This document shows positions 1 to 10,115 of a stretch of 64,000 nucleotides of DNA, one piece after another. Each line of letters starts with the position of its first letter. The stretch's first letter is position 1. The notes beneath the pieces are model-generated. The model was not told the DNA's origin. It saw nothing but the letters and a program-made list of their open reading frames with translations, and searched no databases. Both the position numbers and the translations under genes were made by a program. Origin of the DNA: Phoronis australis (taxonomy: Eukaryota; Animalia; Phoronida); contig NMRA01000017.1 of NCBI GenBank assembly GCA_002633005.1, positions 516,260-580,259 of the forward strand, in the 5' to 3' direction.

Positions 1-1315
1 CCTAACGAATGCCGGCTTACCACATAACTCCATACGTTCCGTTCAGTGTCTGAGCTTGTTCACTGACGGCGCTCTCTAGTATTTCTTCATCACTGTATTC
101 CTGTTCGAATTGATAGCCTGTAAAACTTAACGATCCACCTGCGAAGTCGGGACTGATGAGCGCTAGCTCGTCCAAGTCGGCCTGGGGATTTCGAGATGCC
201 ATGTTGGCGTTTATTACTGAGCGTTATGTTTCAAAATGAATTATTCTCACCCTAACCAATACTTATATAAAACTGAAACAAAGCTTGTCTCATTAGATGC
301 AAGTTGTAATGCATTTGGAGTGTTCGTGAGTGTAAATGATTTGAGAAGCCAGCAATGAATAAATCACTGCGTTACCGGCTTTAGGTGCAATAAAACTAAT
401 TGACGGGACACCCAGGCCATGTGAGCACATGCTAATTTAGTGTTTGCTGGCAGAAACTGTTGTGAAACAACTGTTTCCATACCACTGCCAGGTGTTAGGG
501 GAATCTTTATTTACATTTACATTACTCAAATAATGATTGTCAATTTATAACTTCTGCCCTGACGGTGCTGTGGCCAAAGCGGAACCTCAGTGAATTCGCA
601 GCCCCCGACGAGTAAATAGATTTGCAGTTTCGTGGCTAATTCACCAACATAATCAGATGCAAATTACTTTGGCTCACTAGTATATTATTTTATTGAATGG
701 AAGTTTAGTTTCCACTGAACTTTGGCTGGTTTATGTTTGTGATGTGTGATCAGTTTCCGAACCACTGGTGGGGATAACGGTCAATCCGACCGGCCGCGAC
801 GGGCCTGATCGTGCTCCGAGCCACTGGCCAGGCTAACAAGCGTTTTGTGTTTAGAACTCAAAAAATCACAAGTCTAAACAACACAGATCTAGGTTCTCCA
901 GTCTGTATCTCACGGACAATACTTCTAAATTATCAAGTCCGACCCCAAACTCCTGCTACGGACCTTATTGGCCCGGCTGCCGAACTTTGTAGGCTACGGT
1001 GGTGTCCAAATCCGTAAGAGCGAAATAAAACAACAAGTTTTTATAAGAATTCGGTGTGTTTTTAAGGGTTTTACATCGAAGTTCGATGATCTATTGGTGT
1101 TAAACGATGACTTCAAGCGATAAGCTGACACCAGTAACCTGTGTTGTGAACTGCTGAACAGATTGCGTTTGAAACCGATGGGGTCATTGGATAATTTCAA
1201 CACCTCCGACTGCCGTCAGGTGCCAGGTAACGCAACCGTACGTGTCGTTGTGGAGTTGAACTACTCGATCTAAATTGATACAAATTAGGTTTTTTTGGGT
1301 GGCATGCTTCTTTAA
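1..1315 (-). mobile_element. Terminal part of a Kolobok-like DNA transposon
   Basis: The minus strand reads TTAA|AGAAGCATGCCACCC at 1315-1297 (TTAA target plus an RR terminus, Kolobok-style), and the KolX-like exon lies internal to it. The other end is not in the window. Confidence 0.4.
21..202 (-). CDS. Probable first exon of a KolX / P2X7-intracellular(ballast)-domain-like protein; continues outside the window
   Basis: ATG in an AACATGGC context. Acidic N-terminus with GYQFEQEYSDEE, resembling the PYxFEP motif of KolX/P2RX7-like proteins. The ORF ends ATG TG|GTAAGC, a strong donor splitting a Trp codon, as expected before the WCxCGxC motif. Confidence 0.55.
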
Positions 1316-2762
1316 TAATATTATAACATTCCAGCATAGACTTCTGAATTAGGAATTTCTGCTTTCGTGTCCTGTGCAATGCATGAAGAGGGTCCTTTTG
1401 TACAAGACTCCCGTGTTACATCGTTCGGAGCGTGATATATAGGATTAACTGTTCTATTGTCCTTCCTCAAAACCGATTAACATTTCTCTGAACAGTTTCA
1501 AACATCACTTCTGACATTTGTTGAACTACTTACTTTAACCTATGTACATTGGCACAAGGTTTCGATCGATCATTTCTCTGGACCTCATCAGGTGTTAGAA
1601 GAACGAGCATTTGTATGTGGTACATCTGAGAACGCAAAAACCTCCCACGTGCACGGTAAACCTAATATACAAACTAGGCATGCCAACGCGACCAATGGTA
1701 AGCAACATTGGTTCCCCTCGTCACCAACTAGATGGGTTCCCCGACAGCATAATATCCCCACTAGTTGACTCTTATGGGAAGAGCTCAAAACACTTCGCGG
1801 CAACATCAATCAACACTGAGATGTCGCGAGTGAATTCACATGCGTCCCTACTTCTGCTAGTGAGAGCAAAACTGCAGAATGACCAAACACTAGCTGAGAA
1901 CACAAATCTCTCAGGGAACCGACCGTCTTCGAAATGATACCATTCTGTGAAAAGAACACTAACTAGCAATTCCAAGTTCTACTCGCAGACCCAGGGTATG
2001 GCAATGGGTACACCGCTATCACGTCTTGGAAATTCCGTACATGGAGTGGTTTGAGCAAACAGCTCTCAGATAGATCAACCAGTGCCTAGTATTAACTTGA
2101 ATATCAAGGGAAATATGCAATGCAACAACACTCCAAGCTGGGATGGACAACCATGTAGAAGCATTCAACACGAATGGTTACCCAGAAGAATTCATCGAAT
2201 CGGCAATAACATCGCAAAAACTTGAGACATTAGAAGAAGACCATACACAAACAAGCTATGTGACTTTCATACAAATCTTGGCCACCCGAAAAACCAGGAC
2301 GTATACATGCAATGAATTCAAAATAATAACGGTATACCGTTGCTCAGATACCCTGGGTCGACGTGTAGCTGAAGTCAAATAACAGACAGACATGGAGAAA
2401 AAGAATACCATCTCCCAAACCCCGTGTGAATGTGGCGAATCCTACATCGATAAAACACTGAGACCACTAGAAACCAGGGTTTCTGAAAGCAAGAAATGCT
2501 GCAGTGATGGCGATAGCTCACTTGATGTAACGTAGCAAATTTGGTCAAAACAACACAACATCCATTGGGATAACACCTGGATATTCGACAGTGAAACAGA
2601 CTGGAGAAAAAGACTCAATGTCCAATGAAGCTATTCACTCGGAGCTCTACGCCAATGTCTCCATTCGGCCGAGAAGGTTGCCAAGCGACACCTGACTCAC
2701 TCTCCTTAGTTAAAGGAAAAGATATAAGCATAGCAAATTTTCCTCGAGATTAATGAATTACT

Positions 2763-2835
2763 CAGAGGCCTAATGGTTAGATTAGTGAGACTGGCCAACT
2801 AAAAGTCCTAGGTTGGAACCCAGCCGTGCACCAGG
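2763..2835 (+). mobile_element. tRNA-derived SINE-like head
   Basis: A-box-like GGCCTAATGGTTAG and B-box-like GGTTGGAACCC; no intact cloverleaf. Confidence 0.4.
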
Positions 2836-2890
2836 AAATTAAGATCACAGTGCACAGAGTGTACAAGATAACAAAGCTACGAAAGCTGTA

Positions 2891-2934
2891 ACACCTGATG
2901 ATGGCTGGGGAAATGACTGACTGAAACGTCGTGT
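2891..2934 (+). ncRNA. Minimal type I hammerhead-ribozyme motif of the Penelope pLTR
   Basis: ACAC-CTGATGA-(decayed stem II)-GAAA-CG-TC-GTGT; ACAC/GTGT forms stem I. Confidence 0.6.
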
Positions 2935-3689
2935 CACTATAAATAGGCTAATTGTCTCATTTACATACAAATCATTGTGGTTCTCTCTATTTTTGTTTAT
3001 TTTTTCTGTTCTGTTTCCCAATACATAACTGAGCATTGTTGCACGTCAAGTCGATTCAAGCCACTCTTCGAACGGTTTGTTGTTATATTCGATGTATTGG
3101 GCTCCCCAGATAGTAGGCCTACCAACATTGCTTAAGAAACATAAATAAAACAATTTAATGTCTAAAATGCTCATCAAATGATACGTGAAGTAGCGTTTAC
3201 GCCCCCTGTTGAGTTAACGCGAGAACGCAATATAAAGAGCACAGAAGGACGAACGTATGGTAGTTCAAGAGGAGTCTGGATAGAAATCATGATATAGTAC
3301 TTATTCTCGCGGTGATTTTGACGAATAAAAGCCTTATGTTCGGTGTGCTCAAAATATTGCTCAAATCATGTTAATCTGCCAAATTCACGCAAGTTAACGC
3401 CTAAGGTAGGCATTAAATGAATTTTCCTTCTCACTTCAAATGTCCGTTGTATCAGTTTCGTAAGTTTGATCGTAGCTAAGACGGTCATAGGGAAGTTGTT
3501 TGCGAGGGCGACTTTGCATTTTTACACATACATAGTTGGACGCATATTTCTGTCATCTTTGTCTGTCGTCAAATGTCCGTGCGTGCGTCCGTTCGTCAGT
3601 CCCTCCTTGCAGCACCAGCATGAGGTTAAACCCCTTGCAGGAACGTCGTGAAATTTGTCAGGTGTCAGTATTATCCTCCGGAATACCTC

Positions 3690-4350
3690 GCGAATTTTTA
3701 TAGCCTCAAATTTTCTTTCGGTGACTGCTTCTTCAGTCATACAAGTCACGTGACTCAAACTGGAGAATGGTCGGCCGTACGATCCACGTGGCACATGCGC
3801 AGATAACGTTCACCTCCTCGGGAAAATTTGAGGCTACGAAAATACTCTGGTGTTCCAGATGGATGTGTTCCAAGAAACGGGAAGCATTCGGGCATTTTGG
3901 AAGTCTCAATTTTCCTCTCTGAAGTGAACATTATCTGCAATGGCGGAGCAGGCTTTAAAATTATATGGCAAGTCATGTGACTTTGAAACAAGAGAACGAT
4001 TGAGCGCCGATTAAAGTTCGCATACACACGATAACTTTGCCGGCGAGGGGAAATTTGAGGCTACCAAAATACCCGAGATGATCCACATGGAAAGGGACGA
4101 TGGATGAGGACGATCATCGGAAAATTCTGGCTAGTACTGTGTCACTTAGTGACATTTTTTGCTTTCCTTTTATATTTGTCAAGTCCTTCGATTGATCTTT
4201 ACGAAACTAGGGAGATATGTTTGCGTCAAGGAGGAGGTCAACCAAAAATCCTCGGTATTTTCGTAGCTTCAAATTTTCCTGGGAGGTGAACGTTGTCTGC
4301 ACATGAGCGAGCGTCAGTCACACGGCAAGTCATGTGACTTGCAAGCTGTC
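3690..4350. repeat. Cluster of short palindromic MITE-like repeats (TAGCCTCAAATTTTC...GAAAATTTGAGGCTA family)
   Basis: Inverted termini repeat about three times here (~3700-3840, 3900-4065, 4260-4345), and a related copy lies at ~18240-18410. Confidence 0.55.
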
Positions 4351-4406
4351 ATGCTTTTTTGAAATATTACAGCAAGAGCAATATTATGCTTACTTCCATC
4401 TTTCAG

Positions 4407-4501
4407 AAAATCTTCGAAGAGTTCGACTCGTCCGGTGACGGTAAAGTCTCGCTCGACGAATACATGCGTGTAATGAAGAATCAGCCGAAACCTAAACACG
4501 A
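4407..4501 (+). CDS. EF-hand (calmodulin-like) protein, internal coding exon
   Basis: tttcag|AAA ATC TTC... encodes KIFEEFDSSGDGKVSLDEYMRVMKNQPKPKH, then GA|gtaagt. EF loop DSSGDGKVSLDE. The phase-2 end matches the next exon. Confidence 0.85.
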
Positions 4502-5012
4502 GTAAGTAGACTTGATTGACCGCAACTGCAACAAAATGACGGTAGAGGTCGGCACACAGCGGGATTTTGCAGAAGATTAAATATGAGATCCAGTGACCAC
4601 GCGTTTCGTTACAAGAAAATTATGGGATTTTTGGACGTTTAGGCAAGGTTTAGGACAAAAAGTTACTTTTTAAGTTTCTGTGTAACATTGACCTGGTTGA
4701 AATGACCTGATCCTAAAAAAATCCGCAAACAGGCCCACCAAATATAGACCCATGTACCTGTCTTCCGAAAATTTTCCAAATGTAAGCCTATGAACATAGT
4801 TTTGGAACCACAGTTGTAGATTTTTCACGATTTGGAAGTTTTCCCAAAATGAACAGTGTCAGTGGGTGTCAAACAAAAAAGAAAGTTGTATGGGAAACCC
4901 ATTTATCCAATTAGTAACCAAATAAACTTAAAATTGCATTTCCCAGTATTTAGCTGCCAAAATAAAAAACTGAAAAAAAATAACTCTTTTTGGTGACACC
5001 GGGGACACCCTG

Positions 5013-5841
5013 CACGTCGAACCGGTGTCATCAAAAAGATATTTTACAAAAATGTCATGTCTAATAATTAGCTCCAGGACGAACACGCCATTAAGAAAAT
5101 TATTAGGGACAAGAATAAAGTTTGTAAGCCTGATGATCAACTCGATGTTATTATTTATTATCGGAATAGGAAGTCCTCCAACTTGGTCATGAAAAATAAC
5201 ATTTCTAAAGCGAAAGTCTGCCCCGTTGCACAGTGTAGTGTTGTTTATGAGTTTGTATGCCCTATGAACGAATGTCTTCGTTCAAACGTCAGACAATGTT
5301 ACATTGGTCAAACGGTTTGCAGTCTTTCCCGTCGGTTATCCATGCATCTTCAAAATGGCGCCATTCAAGATCATTTTCTGCAATGCCACGCACGTAAAAT
5401 CACCCGTCAAGAAATTGTGGAAAACACGTCAATTCGCTACGTGGAGCAAGATGTGCTGCGTTTGAAAGCATTAGTGTCCCTTTTAATTGCTTTTGACAAG
5501 CTTGTTTTGAATGAGCAGCAAACAGGGTCGCGCCGCACGTTACACTTGTTTGTGTCACTTTCCTGTGATCCCCTTCATTAGTCATTCTTTGCAGTATTTC
5601 ACACCTGCCGTGTCTCACTGCGTGTGTCGTCAGCTTATACTCTGTGGTGGCATTACTGCGTCATTTTATCTTCACTTGAGAATGAAACAAGTATGTTTCG
5701 AAATATCGTGTGTCTTTTAATTATGTCGCTAGGTCAGTTACTGTATCTATGCTCAGTTGAGAGTAGAGTTTTATTCCGAAAGTACGAACGTAACGGAATA
5801 AAGACTGTGGACAATGAAAAGTGTCCTGCATTTAACAAATT
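5013..5841 (+). mobile_element. 5'-truncated Penelope-like element (Naiad-type GIY-YIG endonuclease + 3' pLTR) in the EF-hand gene intron
   Basis: One frame reads IFYKNVMSNN*LQDEHAIKKII...VIIYYRNRKSSNLVMKNN...VVYEFVCPMNEC...CYIGQTVCSLSRRLSMHLQNGAIQDH...RLKALVSLLI...LNEQ (GIY-YIG with CCHH). The 3' ~263 bp recur at 21548-21811. Confidence 0.85.
5673..5710 (+). ncRNA. Hammerhead-like motif (variant core) in the Penelope pLTR
   Basis: CAC-TTGAGAAT-GAAACA/AGTA/TGTTTC-GAAA-TA-TC-GTG, with a perfect 6-bp stem II and CAC/GTG stem I. An identical copy lies at 21643-21680. Confidence 0.5.
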
Positions 5842-5928
5842 CTGTTTTCATCTTCGTTTGATATTTTGGAGATTTGTTCTTCTGTATCATGCACTTACGT
5901 GGATCCACCATTTTGTATCTTTGTTCAG

Positions 5929-6133
5929 GTGTGCCACAATGAAACGCGTATTTCATCAGTTCGACAAGGATGGAAACGGCACCATTGATCGGTCAGAGCT
6001 GAACCAAGTGATGAAGGAACTGGGCAAGCATTTCAATGACAGCGAAATCGACAGAATGATGAAGTTGATGGACGCAGACAACAGTGGAACCGTGGATTAC
6101 AACGAATTCGCGAAAAAAATATTTGGTGTCTAA
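5929..6133 (+). CDS. EF-hand (calmodulin-like) protein, terminal coding exon with two EF-hands
   Basis: ttgttcag|G TGT GCC ACA ATG... encodes CATMKRVFHQFDKDGNGTIDRSELNQVMKELGKHFNDSEIDRMMKLMDADNSGTVDYNEFAKKIFGV*. Canonical loops DKDGNGTIDRSE and DADNSGTVDYNE. Upstream exon(s) not located. Confidence 0.92.
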
Positions 6134-9121
6134 ATTGTTTTGCCGCTTGTACAGTTAACTTTAATCCCGGCGCAAAACTAGAGTCGTCTTAAAACCTGTC
6201 GGACACTGCAGCTGCCTTAAATTGTCTACTACAGCTCTGTTAAAGCTCGCTGCACACTACAACTCAAACCGTTGAGATGAATCCCTTTGAAGCGTGTGCT
6301 GTGGTCTATGACTAGACTCGACTCGACTAACAATGCAATTCTATTCGATTTATATTGTAATGAAAGTTGACTTGAGACGAGTAATGTTAAGCATTGACAA
6401 TCGGCGTTTCGGACAACCGAGTGATCTCGCTGACGGAGAACGTAATTCGAAATGAAGTTCAGCAATCCACAACGACTTTGCTTGATAAGTGACCACGCTT
6501 TGTGAAATGACCATGAGTAGAAGGATATCATTACATTTTGAATCTATTGCAGTATCTAAATATAGATGATCTGTTAACCAGTTTCAAATGAACTGTATTG
6601 TAGCGATAGTGTCCTAAGACGAATTTTGCTAATCTTTTGCTACGTACATGTAATTCTTATGCAATACATGTGACAATGCTATGGAATGTTTTTTTTTTAA
6701 TTTGCTTAGTGTCTGGAATACCGAAAGATCCGGAGACATTCCAGTTTGCATGCCTTCGTGTTTTATTCCACCATGCCCATGACTCCTACGAGGAACTACT
6801 GAACAAGAAAATTAGGGTTGACGAATTCTTTACGCTAAATACGGTAGCGCACTTTGGCCCATATGCATCAGGCGAAGTTTTTTTCGTTTAGTGGAGAAGA
6901 ACAAAGACAATGCAATGTGAACGTAGTCTCGATCTGACAACCCCCCCCCCATACACACACACTTGATTTTCTATGCCTATTGTAGACGTTTCAATGTAAC
7001 ACAATCAAGAACGAAGAAGTGAGATTCGAACATTCTGATTGGCTGAATGTTGAGAGCTACGTACTCCATTTCCCGTACCTTATGTGTGCGACAGACGTAC
7101 AAATCAACGCATGCGCACTGATACCGGCACAAACACTGATTTCTGCGTGTCGCCCATTATCCTTCCGCAGGACAGCTTTCCTCCTTAGGTGGCGATGTGA
7201 CGGAGGGTACGGTGACTGACAAATACGGAAATGCATCCGACAGGAAAACGGAGGTTAGTTCAAACACTTTTCTCTTTATAATATTTAAGTGAATACATGG
7301 TTTACTGTCTACAAATCAGAAACATATCGAATCATGAAGTACTCAAAAATAAATACTTTATACAAGGCAAACTCGACCAAGGCTTGTCGCTTTCATTTTC
7401 AGAGACCACATGTAGGTTCCATAGTAAAAGAAACCCAGTCTTTCAAATATATCGCATATAATTCTGATCTCTGTTCATCAAAAAATATAATTCCACCCTC
7501 AACTCTGCGGAGGCTTCTGTGCGCGGCTGCATGAAACAGTCCCAAATAGGCTCTCAACTAAATTCCCTAAATCTTCTGGGTACTTGTGGTCTCGTGAAAA
7601 CATTGGTTGCCCTTTCTTATGTTGTTTCAGATTTATTACTTGTACTGGGTCAATTTTCGGCTCAAATCGAGAATGAACTATACGTTGAATTCTCAACTTT
7701 ATTATTGAAAAATTGGGGATCTTTTCATGCAACGCCTTGGATTTAATTTGTCCCTGTTTATTTTCATAGAAATAAGGGTTGAGTTTTTAATCATTAGTCA
7801 ATGAGGAACTTCTAATAAAGATAAAATAATAGGAAAAGATAGAATCTGGGAGTAAAGAACGACACAAACACGCAGACGATTTAGGGGACTTTGTTGAATA
7901 CCTATTTGAGACTTTTCCTGCAACCGGGCACTGGCTCCTTTCATAACTCTCCCCAGAACTTTCTGACAAAGAGCAACTAACTGGAGTATCAATAATTTGC
8001 CAACAACAACACATTGTGCACAACAATTCAACATTAGAACTATTTGTGAGACACGCTGTTATGATAAGAGGAAGCGTCCGCGTTCATAAATTTACATTTG
8101 ACAGCGAGGCGGCGACTTGGCGTGTGTCGTTGGATAAACTCTGTCCACATCACATTTTGATTTTTTGTATACGACTTTAAACCTCGAAAAGTCATACGAG
8201 AACACATGTTTACACACTCTGATGTACACAGGGCTACCGACCACCTAGCGGCACGCAGGGAACCAGCGAGACTCTGATGTAGACAGAGCTCCAATCTGTT
8301 GCACTTGAAAGCCAGCGGATTAACATTGGCTTTCAAGTTAAAAAATGAACAGTGTATCGTATACGAGACCAAACCCTAACAGAGACTAGACGGCGCCAAT
8401 CTCTTCCAGATCATGATTGGTCATGAGCATGTTGTTGAGTAACTTTGCAACGAAGGTTGGCTCTCTCAATATGGGCACAGATTGGTCCCCTCTGCACAAT
8501 AATTGTGTTTTACTTTGAAATCCACGTTAATGTGGGCTGGATAACGTCAATACTACTCTTTATGGGAGAGGGAATTAGAGGACTGCCAGAAAGAGGACGT
8601 TTTGGGCGGTTTGAAGATATCGATAATAAAGAATGTTCAATAAATCTTCGTTGAAACGTACGTGGAAGAACAAAAAAAAACAACAATTTGTTAGCTTCAC
8701 ACGCCGTTCACGTCGTCGGGAATGCCACCAAACATGTGTGTGCGTTATAATTGAGACTCTGAACTCTCCTCTTGCTTAAGTGCATTGACTGAGCTCTGAA
8801 ACACAAATTACACATTGGCTTTAATAAAATCCATGCAGTTGACTTTCCTTAATCAAAAATTACAAAAAAAAACAGCAAAAATTTTCCAAAACCTGCACCG
8901 TTCTCATAACCACTATCACTGCTATATTTGGCTGTACTGTGGGTCACAATTTAAATTTACTGGTTATGCTATTACATAATTTCTTAATATGCATTTAACA
9001 TAATTCCATTCTTAAAATGATACTTTCAATAACTAAGTCAACATATATTGAGAGGTATTTGACTGCTTGAATGTTAATGATACATACTGTAAATTGCCGG
9101 AGCTGAACAACTGCTTAAAAT

Positions 9122-9675
9122 CACCATCATCANNNNNNNNNNNNNNNNNNNNNNNNNNNNNNNNNNNNNNNNNNNNNNNNNNNNNNNNNNNNNNNNNNNN
9201 NNNNNNNNNNNNNNNNNNNNNNNNNNNNNNNNNNNNNNNNNNNNNNNNNNNNNNNNNNNNNNNNNNNNNNNNNNNNNNNNNNNNNNNNNNNNNNNNNNNN
9301 NNNNNNNNNNNNNNNNNNNNNNNNNNNNNNNNNNNNNNNNNNNNNNNNNNNNNNNNNNNNNNNNNNNNNNNNNNNNNNNNNNNNNNNNNNNNNNNNNNNN
9401 NNNNNNNNNNNNNNNNNNNNNNNNNNNNNNNNNNNNNNNNNNNNNNNNNNNNNNNNNNNNNNNNNNNNNNNNNNNNNNNNNNNNNNNNNNNNNNNNNNNN
9501 NNNNNTCGTCATCATCGTCATCATCATCATCATCACCGTCATCATCATCATCATCGTCATCGTCATCATCATCATCGTCATCATCATCATCATCATCACC
9601 ACCATCATCATCGTTACCGTCAACATCATCATCATCGCTATAACTGTCTTCAATACCATACATCAACGTCATCAT
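9122..9675. repeat. (CAT)n/(CGT) trinucleotide microsatellite spanning an assembly gap
   Basis: catcat/cgtcat repeats flank the N-run 9133-9504. Confidence 0.95.
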
Positions 9676-10115
9676 CACTTAATTATTTCATGCGTCTCGT
9701 AGATACACTGAGTGAATAAGATTCTTTTTTGCACATACGAAAATAACGTTCTTATGAACCTTTTCGGATCCTCTTGTCCGAATGTGTTCTCGAACTAATG
9801 TTGCGTTATTATAGGCTGTGTCAATAGACAGAGATTCCAATCGACTCATGAGACGTAGCACGGAGTCTGCATATCGGGCAAGCTGGCAATTTGTGTAGGA
9901 ATAGGTAAACGGGACACTTACAAACGGATAGCCTACTTCTTACAAATGTATACTGAGACTTTGTCAACCAATGAGATCCGAACCTTAGAGAAACATCACA
10001 CGCCGCAACTCAACATAACATTGGTTTGAAAATGAATTCTGACAAGAGGATCCATCTGACAACCTATGTTAATTTTCGTATGCACAGAAAAGTAATCTCA
10101 ATTCTCTCAACATCA

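Larger units (their letters stand above)
1600..3010 (+). mobile_element. Degenerate Penelope-like retroelement (RT + GIY-YIG remnants + hammerhead motif)
   Basis: RT fragments IYKLGMPTRPMVSNIGSP (~1665-1718) and NSKFYSQTQGMAMGTPLS (~1968-2021). FNTNGYPEEFI at ~2164. Endonuclease remnant PCECGESYIDKTLRPLETRVSE at ~2421-2487. CTGATGA...GAAACGTC at 2895-2930. Many stops and frameshifts. Confidence 0.85.

Noticed and set aside
5624-5928. Hydrophobic N-terminal 100 aa of ORF 5624-6133 as a membrane-anchored EF-hand protein
   Set aside because: It is read-through from the Penelope pLTR (duplicated at 21548-21811) and intron. The true exon starts at the 5929 acceptor, in phase with 4407-4501.
9033-9702. 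Poly-Asp/poly-Met/poly-Ile ORFs
   Set aside because: Translations of a (CAT)n microsatellite and an N-gap.
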